Positions 40,081 through 51,850 of a DNA stretch of 64,000 nucleotides are shown here, one piece after another. The notes under the pieces were generated by a model. The model saw only the letters and a list, made by a program, of their open reading frames with translations. It made no database searches and was not told the DNA's origin. The stretch lies in assembly GCA_951406725.2 (NCBI GenBank), contig OX597838.1, positions 43,400,001-43,464,000 of the forward strand, in the 5' to 3' direction. Within the stretch, counting starts at the first letter, position 1; each line of letters starts with the position of its first letter. The DNA is from Octopus vulgaris. Lineage: Eukaryota. The translations under genes and the position numbers were made by a program.

Positions 40081-40725
40081 CATAGGCGTACGGTCCATGG
40101 AAGCAAAGGAAGCGATGCTTCCCTTAAAAATTGTAGAAACAAAATTGAAACTATATTACTTATTTTTCATAAGATCGTTCTTCTGATGCTCTCTAAAATT
40201 AATATAAACTACATGACGTCATAGGCTTCAGACTTTTATTGTTGGAATTAGCAAAAGACAACAAGCAGTGGCAGACGACACAAAACAAATCTTGCAAGGG
40301 AAGCAACACGAGCTGTTGCATCCTTTTCGGTGTAACATTTTAACATTTTTTCCCGATAAAAATGCTCTAGTAAGAGCTGATAACGAATAGTTTTAGATGC
40401 TAAGAAATACTTATACGCTAAGATCAAGTTTCTGTTAATTCGCAATACCTATGATATATATAATATTACGTTATATATAATATATATAATCTTACATAGG
40501 AAAAGGGAAGCAAGTTGACATTCTGCTTCCGTCAGAAAAACGATGAAAAGATAACACGCGCAGTTTTCTGCGTTTATTTAACTAATATTCTAAACTTTCT
40601 CAAATTACAGGAAACCCTTAATATAAAATGTGATTTTTTTTTTTCATTTTAAAATTAGCCCTTTAAGTTGAACATGTCAATTTTGGTCATTGCTTCCCCA
40701 GCCAGAAAGATCACCGCTCGCCCCT
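40081..40725. mobile_element. Possible non-autonomous DNA transposon
   Basis: Weak TIRs CATAGGCGTACGGT / ACCGCTCGCCCCTG and subterminal GGAAGC / GCTTCC motifs. Confidence 0.35.
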
Positions 40726-40726
40726 G

Positions 40727-40769
<43 letters not shown>

Positions 40770-41678
40770 TGAAATTATTACCCCCCTCCGCCCCCTTATA
40801 AACAGTTTATTTTAAGGCCTCCAAATCGGGGGGGGGGGTGAAAATCATAATTTGTCCGTGTATTTGTAATAACAAGGAGTTTCATTCGGTAGCCATACGA
40901 ATGATTCGGAGTTAAGACAGAACAGTATAAGAGACGAGGGGGTTCCTTAAAAGATATCGCTTCTTACGAGTATTGAACTGGTTTTGTCAACTCTTTCGCT
41001 TCCTGAGTTCTACTTGCTTTCCATTTCCACATGGCGGAGTTGATGTGTGCTGTTAGTACCGGAGCATTTTTTTTTTCTTTTTTCTATCGGCTCAAGGACT
41101 GAAAATTCGAAGGAGAGGTCCAGTCAAGTACATCGACCTCCCATGCTTACTGGTACTTTATTTTATCGACTCTCAAGAGGTGAAAGACAAAGTCGACTTC
41201 GGTGGAATTTGAACTCAGAACGTATAGCCGGAATAGATGCCGCTAATCATTGTGTCTGGCATGTTAACGATTCTGCCAGCTCACCGCCTTAAACCCAGCT
41301 CGCCATATTGGTGTGGTTTTATTCAGGTGGGTTATTTCCTGCATTGAAGACACCTCGAAGCTGTCGAATGCTTTTCAGTAAATAAAGGCACTCTTTGCTA
41401 ACTTGTCTTCTTCCATTTCCCTCGTCATCTCTCCCCCCCTCTCTCTCTCTCTCTCCTCATCTCTTTCATTCCTTCTCTATCCCTATGTATCTATCAATCT
41501 ATCCGTTTATCTTTTTCTATCTCTCCGCCATTTTTAATCTCTGCGCCCGTCATCTTCCTCTCCACTTCTCCATTATCATCTCGCTTCTCATTTCTTTTTC
41601 TCTCCTCTCAAATCTCTCCATTCACCTTTCTCTGTTAATCTTTTTTCCACTCCTTTCTCTCTTTCTGTCCATCCCCCA

Positions 41679-41744
<66 letters not shown>

Positions 41745-41770
41745 TATATTTCTTTCTTTCATTCTATCTG

Positions 41771-41864
<94 letters not shown>

Positions 41865-43189
41865 ATTCTACCTATCTATCTATCTTTCTTTCTTTCTTTC
41901 CTTCCCTTGATATTCCTGTTTATCTATCAATCCATCGAGCTATCTGCCTCTTTCTATCTCTCCATCACATTTTATCTTTACATCCAGCATCTTTCCCTAA
42001 TTCTCTATTATTATCTCCTCTCTCATCTCTTTCTGCTTCTCTTCAAATCTCGCTCTCTCTCTCTCTCTCTTCCCCTCTCTCTCCCGCTCGCTTTCTCATT
42101 TTCTCTTCGCCTTTTCCCTAGCTTTCTTCCCTGAATTTCCTTCCCCCCAACAAAACTGTCTTTCATTCCTTCTTCCCTAATCTGTCGTCTGCACAATCTC
42201 GCCCCATCACTTCTGTTTCCTTAGCCTTCTGTCTGTCTGCATGTCTGTCTGGCTGTACCTTTCTGTTCCCCCCTCTCTCTCTTTCTCTAAAACACTCTCT
42301 CTCTCTCTCTCTCTCATCTAACCCTCAATTCTCCCTTTCCAACAAAGGTGAACCGGTACGTGAGAACTAATCAACGAGGTGGGGTGGTCATTTTATTTCC
42401 AAACTGTTCATCTGTGGTTTGTGTTTGGGAATTGTGTCGTCAACATATTTTTTTCTCCATTTTATATTGTGAGAACAGCAACTTCTGGAATGTTCGAGAT
42501 TCCCATAAAAAGTAAAATTAAATCATAGATACTCTTCAACATTCTTTGCTTTTTGTTTATATTTATATATATTTGTCTTTTCTTTCTCTTCTTTCATATT
42601 TTACCATTTAAAATGTTCCACAAGTCACTCGGCCGGAGTGAGGTAGCGGAGGGGACGGTGTGGGGTTATTTTTTTATGTTGCCTTTTTGAAAAAATTGTT
42701 CGTATTTTTTTGTTTTTTTCTTGTCTTCTTGATTGATTTATAAATCATGGCAAGTGTTTTATATTTGTTTTGTTTTGGTGTTTTTGTTTTTGTTTTGGGT
42801 TTTCGTTTTGTACTGAATAACCTCGGTTTCCTCTTCCCCAGGCTTTTGAATATGCATTGAATAATACACACACACACAAACGCACATATACATATATTTA
42901 TATATTTATATATAAATATATGTACATACAAACATACATACACGCACGCAGATACACACATACGCACGCGCGCATACACACACACACATACACACACGCA
43001 CATACAAAAATATCTAGGATTAATCGAGGTTTCGATTGAGCTGCCGAAACCTGGGAATCTTCAAAAAAGAATCAAAATTAAAATAAATAAAATATAATAA
43101 CAATTCAGTTTTGCAGGATTTTGAAGAAATTTTCTTTTACAAAAACGCACGCGCACACACACACACACACGCATGAATGTGAACGTATA

Positions 43190-43220
<31 letters not shown>

Positions 43221-43287
43221 ATACATATATTTAGACACATACGTATGTATGTGTATGTGTGTATGTATACATACATATGTGCTTCTC

Positions 43288-43319
<32 letters not shown>

Positions 43320-43527
43320 GTTCAAATTTACAGAAAAGAAAAAAAGACGAAGAGAGGTGTAGGAACCACAAGCAGGTGTATTAGTTTGACGCTCGGGAAG
43401 AATGGGAAAGTCTTTGACGTTTGGCACCTACGCTCTTCGACAGTAAGAGATGAGAGGAAAGCAAAATAGAGAGAGAACGAAAAAACGGAGAAAAGAACGT
43501 GTAACGATTAACGGTTCAGAATGATGA

Positions 43528-43595
<68 letters not shown>

Positions 43596-43689
43596 CGGGA
43601 AGCTTTATGAAAATAGACAAAAGACGAAGGCAGGTGGAAAACAAACAAACAATTGTATATATATATATACACACACACACACATACAAC

Positions 43690-44025
43690 AACCGTTCGCT
43701 TGCTGTGTGCCCAAAACATGTACCGAGGGTGATAACTATCAAACATCCACCCCACATGATAGTGTTTAGAGTGATCACAAGTTAATGCAACGTTATGTCT
43801 CCATTCATCTTCCCACACGGCCTCACACTCAACACAACGGCCTACATCAAGTGTCTGGAGGAGGTAGTGCTGCCCTGGGTGAAGAGGTAGCTGCTGAAAG
43901 ACCCTATATCTGGCAACAGGTCTCTGCACCATGCCCCAGAAGCAGGAGAACCCAGTCATGGTTGTCAGACAATTTCTGCGACCACATTACCCCCCTAACT
44001 CCCCAGACTGCAACCCCCTTGATTA
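43690..44025 (+). mobile_element. Tc1/mariner-superfamily transposase catalytic fragment (DD37D-like), decayed
   Basis: YIKCLEEVVLPWVK, PYIWQQ.SAPC..RRTQSWLSDNF, NSPDCNPLDY. Confidence 0.75.
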
Positions 44026-44127
44026 TTATTTTGGATTTATTTGCGTTTTTAAATTTTGGAATCTATTTTGTGTTTTTTTTTTTCTAGTTAATTTTAGTTA
44101 ATTTTTGTTTATGTTCAGATCATTAAA

Positions 44128-45055
44128 ATGGAATGTCAGGTTAAGAAAAACGAACATTTTCGACACCTCCTTTTTGCTTTTAATCAACGTTCTAACGCCG
44201 CAAAAGCTGCTCGCGACATTTGTGCTGTGTTTGGAGAGGGTGCCATAGCTGGAAGAACCGCTCTTGATTGGTGTGCCAAGTTAAAAAATGGAAATTTAAC
44301 CTCAAAATCGCACCTCGTTCTGGCCGACCAATTGAGTTCGATGGAGAGTGATTAAACCAACTTTTGCACGAAAATTCTCGTCAAACGACAAGGGAACTGG
44401 CAGAGAAAATGGAATGCCCCCACACTGCTATAGAGAAGCATCTTCACTCGATGGGAAAGGTTCAGAAGTATGGAGCATGGGTTCCGCATGCTTTAAGTGA
44501 CAGCAACAAAAATCAACGAGCCACAATCTCCGCTGGTTTTCTTGCTCGTCACAGCTCAACTCATGGACACAAGCAACGATTTCTTTACCGAATCGTTACT
44601 GGCGACGAACAACGGTGCCTGTACATCAAAATGAAGCAGCGTAAGGAATGGCTTAGCCCCGGTAAACAAGCGACACCGCGCGTGAAACAAGTTCTTCATC
44701 CGCGTAAAACGATGTTGTGCGTATGGTGGGACTGGGAAGGGATTATCCATTACGAATTGCTTGAACGGAACTAAACGGTCAACGCGGAACTCTATGTTCA
44801 ACAGATGGAATGACTCAACACGGCTATTCAAGAGAAAAGACCTAAGCGGAAGCATAGAGTTCTTCTGCTGCACGACAACGCTCGCCCTCATATCACCAAT
44901 ATGACCAAGGAAGCCATTCAAACACATGGCTGGGAAGTGCTGCCACACTCGCCGTACTCTCCTGACTTGGCACCAACGGATTTCCACCTCTTTCGATCTC
45001 TTTCAAATGCTATGCGCAGAGTTTCGTTCAATGCTGATGCAGAAATGAGAGCTTT
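44128..45055 (+). mobile_element. mariner (DD34D) transposase pseudogene
   Basis: HFRHLLF..AARDICAVFG, WVPHAL, RIVTGDE, LHDNARPH, YSPDLAPTDFHLFRSL; frameshift and stops. Confidence 0.92.
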
Positions 45056-46719
45056 TGTATAAATGTAGCAATGATGGACGCTTCTTCCAGCAGGTGTTCA
45101 GTGAGCTTACCCCTCATGCTGACACCTGCCTTTGTTCTGCCAAGCAATTTTACCTTTACTGCTTTGCCTTGTTCGGCTTCGGCCGGCCATAGTCTGCAAC
45201 ACATAACAGAGACGTTACCCATTCTCTAAACAGCATATGCATTTGATTAAAATCGAATAGTTTATCTATCGGATGCAAACGAAGTCGCAGACCTTACATC
45301 GTAGTTTTCCCCTTCCTAGAAATATGTTTAAACACAGACTAGGGGTCTTTCACGCTCAGCTGTTGGACGGCGGTTGACTGAGTTCATTAGTCTTTTGGCA
45401 CGGTCTTTTTACCTGTCTTTTAGAGTGTCCAACGAAAAACACCGTTCTTACCAAACAAGCTTGGTAGGGTTGCCGGTTTAGTCGCCGACGATCCGACCAT
45501 TCGACCGGTTCTACTTGGCTGCATATTACCAGTAGCATTATATTTATATATGCATGCACGAAAAAGGATCCACAGTCTTTTTCGAACAATCGGCTCATAA
45601 GGCCAGTTTCCCGAATTCTGTGGCGTATGCCTGGACGGAGCGCCGGTTCGTCGTAGGATAACTCATTTTTGCCAGCTGAATGGAAATGGGAAATGATGTG
45701 CTTTCCTCAAGAACACAACACATCACCTGGTCCAGGAATCGAAACCACAATCTTATGATCATGAGAACAATCCCCAGACCACTGTAGCATAGCATTAGTG
45801 ATTGTACAAGCTGTTAGTCAAGAAGATCTGGTCTTTTTTTAAAGAACCTTTCATGCAGAAACTCATCTCCATGAGTGTTGCAACTTCAAAGGAGCGAAGA
45901 AACTCAAAACGTTGAAGCTACTTTCCTATTCTCTGATCAAACGTTGAGCAGAACCAAAAGCCGTTTCTTCAGAAGTTTTAGAGATGTTTTTCTGTTGACT
46001 GATATTCAGGCAGAGAGGTTTTTCAGTTCTTGAGTATCGGACAACTGGCACTCCGTCGGTCACGACGACGAAGTGTTTCTGGTGGTCCGATCAACAGAAC
46101 TGCCTGCTCGTGAAATTGACGTACAAATGGCTGAGTACTCCATAGACACTCGTACCCTAAAGGGACATTCAGTGTGACACACTGACTGTGATTAACTGAC
46201 CCCTTGGATTACAGGAACAACACGTTTTTGTCATCTGAGTTGATTGAAATAAAGGATGTTCCTCAAGGACACAACTCGCCGCCGGGTATCGAACGCACGA
46301 CCATACGATCATGAACCGAATACCCTAACCACTAAGCCACGTGCCTTCCCTGTGTCCGCCATTCAACGAAGATGGAGAGTTGAGTTTTTACAAATGAAGC
46401 ATCCGGTTTATTTGCAATTAAAATAAAACTGCTTTACTTTTCTTCTATATCAAAGAAGTGCAGTAGTGTAGGGCCTTTGTACTTTCTGAAAACTCAAGGT
46501 TCAACCAGCGTGCCTGGCAGTGAACTGAAATCCCTCATAGGATCCACTCGTGTTAACGGGTATAGTCTGATTTCTTGGGTTTGCTATCGGTAATCCTTTC
46601 CATTCCAAACTAGAGGGTCATTCATTCAAGCCCCTCACACGTTCGTCCTTACAGATTTCTATTCCATGCAAACATTCTCTCTGAATTTGCTCTCTCTTGA
46701 ATGTTTAAACATTCATGTT

Positions 46720-47010
46720 TCTACAGTTCTATATTTAAGAGATGAGGAATTATGTACATTATTTACATTATTTACATTTGACGGGCATATGGTGTAGTGG
46801 TTAAGAGCGCAAAATTCCGAGTTCGATTCCAGGCAGTGACCTGAAGAAGAATAATTATACCAACAACAACAACATTGAAAAATACCTTAGGAATGAGAAC
46901 CCAGGTTCGAAATTTCCCCAAGACCACCTGATGAAGGCTGGAGGGTATATCAGCCAAAACGTTGTGTTAACAACAAACAAGATGAGGGCATATATCCGTC
47001 AAATGTAAAA
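46720..47010 (+). mobile_element. Composite element: tRNA-like Pol III head + hammerhead-like motif, bounded by short inverted repeats
   Basis: A box TGGTGTAGTGG, B box GTTCGATTCC; CAC-CTGATGA-A-GGCTG..CAGCC-AAAA-CG-TT-GTG at 46925-46966; TTTACATTTGACGG / CCGTCAAATGTAAA. Confidence 0.6.
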
Positions 47011-47778
47011 AAAATATTTGTTTGTGTCCTTTCATATGTGACACTGGATGAAGATCTTGTTCACTAACAACACTGATATTCTTAGCGGACTCAAAGAATT
47101 TGAAATTAGCGAACAGCTCTTTCAGAACGCAGCCACATGAATGGCTATTTTGGGTATTTGAATGAAAGCAAAATGTTTTGACCGTGATGAGGATGTAAAA
47201 CGCATCGCCCGATATGGTGGTGTCCGTTTCAACCATTATAAGTTCCAAAACCAGATTTAGTCTTAACAGAAGGATCCGCGTATTCTCTCGAATGAGTTAG
47301 CGTTGAAGTAAAAGAACATTAAATCGTGAAATAATTTTCCCCAAAACACCTTAAGTTGGTTGGCAGTTATTCAGGGATACCAGTGTGAGACAAGATCCTG
47401 GGACAACTTAGGAAAGTAGCAAGCAACATGAAAACAAGCCACTTACTGAAGAATTCAGAATCTCTACTCACTAAAACCTATTCTTCTTGTTGAGGTATTG
47501 GCCCTTGCTTTGGGAACTTATATGGATTTTAGAGAATTCCATCCACAACGCAACAATGGCATTTTCTAATAACACTGATGGCTATATTTTTGATTTGTAA
47601 TATGTTGTGACAGTATTTCTTCATTTTTGGATGTTTTTGTTGCTCCATGCTACTCTTCAGCCATCTTGGAGGAATATTCTCGAGTTGGCCTGGGCTGGCC
47701 ATTGAATCTGAAACATGTGTTTTCTTAACCGGGTCTGATCTGATAAACACTTGCGATATGTAAGTATATGTATACGCA

Positions 47779-47835
<57 letters not shown>

Positions 47836-48016
47836 GACGAGCCTATTTCAGTTTCCGTCTACCAAATCCATTCACAAGGGTTTGGTCGCCTAGGGTCTGG
47901 TCCAAACACACGTAGCGTTGGTCATTCGTTGCTTGGTATACTCTAGGATGTCCCAAGTGTCGTGAATACATTTGGTGTATTATAACCAAATGAATAATAA
48001 CAGACGATAGATTTTG

Positions 48017-48048
<32 letters not shown>

Positions 48049-48329
48049 GAGCAAAACGTATTTTCTCAAAACAACTTGTCCGACCGTCCCATAGGCCTCC
48101 CCTTTGAGAAACACTGATTTAACCTAAACTTGAGACACCAGCAAAAGAAGAAATAAAGATAGACTTTTTTCTATTCCAAAGAAAAACGAATTTTATTCAC
48201 ACAAATATGCAACTGAAGAGTTTAAAGTACCAGTAATGATAAGGCTGTCGACTGGGAGAACACAAACATGGTTTAAACAGTAAGCTTGGCAGGAAAGAAA
48301 CGAAGTTAAGGCAAAACAATTTCCGACAG

Positions 48330-48565
48330 ACAGAACGGATTTTATATAGCAGCTGATGTACTTGCGCGTACAAATGCACGTTACCACGGCTTTATCGATC
48401 GCATTCTCACCTAGAATCGATTTTTGTAATTTTTTCAAGACTTATACACGCCCTGATACCGTCGGTATCTACATATCAAATTTGAGCGCAATCGGATGGA
48501 GGATGCCCGAGATCCTAGAAGACACACACAGAGACAGACAGACCGGATTTTATATAATATATATA
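48330..48565 (+). mobile_element. Helentron/HINE-like non-autonomous element
   Basis: CAAATTTGAGCGCAATCGG...ACAGACAGAC..TTTTATATA layout resembles DINE-1/HINE 3' region. Confidence 0.4.
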
Positions 48566-48631
48566 TGAATGTATGTATGTATGTATGTATGTATGTATGT
48601 ATGTATGTATGTATGTATGTATGTATGTATG

Positions 48632-49250
48632 TACAAAGTATTTAATTTTATAGGTATATTTATAAAATTATAATAAGGGCAACTACTGAATAATGCCACA
48701 AGCTAGAAGAAGATGCCAAATAGCTCTGAAACTACCTTATTTACCACATAGATAGGAGCTGAAAGCGAGGGAATGAACAAAAAATGTTTTTTTTAAAGAA
48801 GTTTAGCCATAGATCCCTTTTTAGTTTAGGGATGTAATACCATATTACCATCCTCAGTTTGACATAAGCAAGAGTACATAGTTATAAGCATTTCAGCTCG
48901 TATCTATGTGATAAATAAGGTAGTTTCAGAGCCATTTGGCATCTTCTTCTAGCTTGTGGCACTATTCAGTAGTTGCCCTTATTATAATTTTATAATTATA
49001 TTTAGAAAATTAAATACTTTGTATTAATTTTTACCTAAATGGTTTTTTACATGCTAGCTGACTTTATAAAATCCTATTTAGATTTTACCCTTCATTATAA
49101 TGATATTTATTTTAACCGTCTCACATCGTCTCTGATGAAGGGATACCCATAGTATCCTAGAAACAGCTGTAATACTATACCGATATATTTTTCCTTATAA
49201 ATGTCCTGCAAACTCCTCACAACTTTGGCTTTGTTATCTCATTTTGTCTA

Positions 49251-49255
<5 letters not shown>
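48632..49255 (+). mobile_element. Inverted-repeat + pLTR/HHR element between microsatellites
   Basis: ~133 bp arms 48632-48764 / 48890-49023, then a tail homologous to 13775-13895. Confidence 0.8.
49128..49175 (+). ncRNA. Minimal type I hammerhead ribozyme (PLE type)
   Basis: GTCT-CTGATGA-A-GGGATAC(CCATA)GTATCCT-A-GAAA-C-AGCT-G-TA/ATAC; predicted cut after 49171. Confidence 0.75.
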
Positions 49256-49304
<49 letters not shown>

Positions 49305-49340
49305 CAAAGTGGAGTTGTGGGGTACCGCACGAGTGGAATT

Positions 49341-49432
49341 ATATACGAAAGAAGGTTTGAAAATGCAATTTAAAAATTTAAATAAACAATTTAAATAAAC
49401 ATCTTTTAAATTGCATTTTCAAACCTTCTTTC

Positions 49433-49438
<6 letters not shown>
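49341..49438. repeat. ~35 bp inverted repeat in (TA)n
   Basis: ATACGAAAGAAGGTTTGAAAATGCAATTTAAAA / TTTTAAATTGCATTTTCAAACCTTCTTTCGTAT. Confidence 0.9.
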
Positions 49439-49492
<54 letters not shown>

Positions 49493-49514
49493 ATGAAAAG
49501 GAACACACGAGTTG

Positions 49515-49860
49515 ATATATATGAAAAAACAAGTCAAGATAGAAAATGCTAAAATAATTTTATAAAGAACATTTCAGTTCCGGTTTCGGTCATTTTGAGA
49601 CCTTTTCAACTGTAACGATTAAATAATTAACGACCTCGAACCCACAAGTGTAAACAAGAGAGACAGAGAAAGGCAGAAACAAGGAAAATGTCACTTGTAT
49701 TTGAACACTTTACAAATATTCCTTTAAAAAAACTTTTCTTTTATTTTTTCTAAATTTAATTATTTAATTGTTACAGTTGAAAAGGTCTCAAAATGACCGA
49801 AACCAGTACTGAAATGTTCTTTATAAAATTATTTTAGCATTTTCTATCTTGACTTGCTTT

Positions 49861-49870
<10 letters not shown>
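49515..49870. mobile_element. ~115 bp inverted-repeat element, each arm containing an HHR variant
   Basis: Arms 49515-49630 / 49756-49870 in (TA)n. Confidence 0.85.
49774..49811 (+). ncRNA. Hammerhead variant with U3/A8 core (mirror copy 49575-49612, minus)
   Basis: CAG-TTGAAAA-GGTC(TCAAAAT)GACC-GAAA-CCAG-TA/CTG. Confidence 0.6.
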
Positions 49871-49908
<38 letters not shown>

Positions 49909-51447
49909 ACATCTCTCTATATCTCTATATATCCATATATATATATGTGTGTGTGTGTATACGTTTCTATCTCACCGCACGCGCACGCGCATACATAGTA
50001 GCATTAAATGCTTGCTTTCATAACAGTGATTTGAATCTGCATCAACCCAACTATTTTTCTTTTAATTTGGAGGTAGGGTTGAAATTGCAATTAGAAAAGT
50101 TACGACAGACAGACAGATAGATTGTGAGTGAGTGAGAAAGAGAGAAAAGGATAAATTGGGCTTGATAAGGCAAAGCTTTGAATGAGGAGCAGGAAGAGGG
50201 ATAGAAAATTGAAACGAAGATTCGGCACTGTAGGGGAAGCAGAGATAAAACCATAGTTACATCCAATGAAGAAAAAGGGATGAGAGAAGAGAGAATGCGA
50301 TAGACATACACTCAAGCAAACTTCCTTTAATAGGGTTTATGTAGCAATCATTCATCTCTCCCCTCACAAACTCTTAGCAAAATCCTTTCAGTTTAAAATT
50401 GCTCTGAAATTTATATTTACACATCGGAATGAAATGAAATGAAAATCTTAAGTGGATGAACGTCAAATTGTCAATTGAAAAATAATCACAACACTTCCGA
50501 TATGATTCATCGATTTCGTTTACCAAGAAACTTGCCCAATAATTTTATGCCCATACATAAATAAAATTAATTTGTCTTGTTTGTGACCCTGAGCCGAAGG
50601 GGGGGAGTAATAAAACAAAACAAAAAAAACAATGACATTGAGGAAAAGCTTGTTGGTTTATTTTCGTTTTTGTTCGTTTGTGTTTCATTAATTTATATAA
50701 TTAGTAATTAACGCTTCTGATCAACTTGTGTCCACATCTGTGCTGCAATTCCCAGGATACGCTGTGCATAAATAACCGGCCGTGGGAGACAACTTTGTCG
50801 TAATTTAATTTATGGACCAATTCAGTTAATAATACAAACAAGTTTCGTCGACATCTTTAATTATTCACTGAAAAACAAAGACTCTGTCGGTGTTTTTTCA
50901 AATGTTTTTGGTTGTTTCTTTCTTTTCGATGGTTAAAATAATCTTAGAAGCAACAAACAAGGGAAGGTGACATTAATGTTTATGACAACTTGCATAGCGA
51001 CGTGGAATAATTTTAGCAAAGTAAAGCTTGCGATACCGGTTTCGATACGAAGATAAATGATCAAATTTCTTCCATTCATCGCATAAAAGAATGACCAAGA
51101 TTTTCACCGAGGATTCTTCTTAGTTATTGCGTAAATTTATCATTAGCTAATTAGTTTTCAAAAAATTATTAGAAAAAAAATTTTTTAATGTTACATAATT
51201 CTTTCTAATATAGGTGCAAGGTTTGACATATTGCAGGGTAGGTGTGCGTACATCGACCCCAGTGCTCGACTGGTACTTATTTTATCGACCTCAGAAAGGA
51301 CGAAAGTCAAAGTCGATCTCGGCGGAATCTGAACAAGGAGCGTAATGAGCCGAAAGAAATGGCACTAAGCATTTTGTCCAACGCGAAAGCGTTTCAGCCA
51401 GATCGCTGCCCTTAATAAATATTTAATAATAATAATAATAATAATAA

Positions 51448-51850
51448 CTGCCGACCAAGCAACACCAAAGTGGTTGACATTGGGTAGGACAGTGCTGTGC
51501 CTGAAAAACATCGAAAAAGGCCATACGGTAGACAATTACAGACCGATATCCTGTTTACCGCTTATGTGGAAGTTATTGACTGGAATACTCGCAGAGTCAA
51601 TGTACATGATCAGCTCCTGATGGATAAAACTGTACTTAGAGACTGCAAGAGGAGGAAAAGTAACTTAGCCATGTCATGGGTCGATTATCGTAAGGCGTGC
51701 GATATGATCCCACATTCTTGGATTAATGAGCGTATGAACCTCTTAGGGATTGCATCGAATATTGAGCGATTGCTTGGAAAAAGTATAGCGAATTGGTGGA
51801 CGGAACTGAAAGCATATGGAAGAAGTTTTGGGACAGTAGAAATTAGGAAG
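51448..51850 (+). mobile_element. R4/Dong-like LINE RT fragment starting at (TAA)n
   Basis: [36 protein letters not shown]; paralogous to ~55185-55630. Confidence 0.85.
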
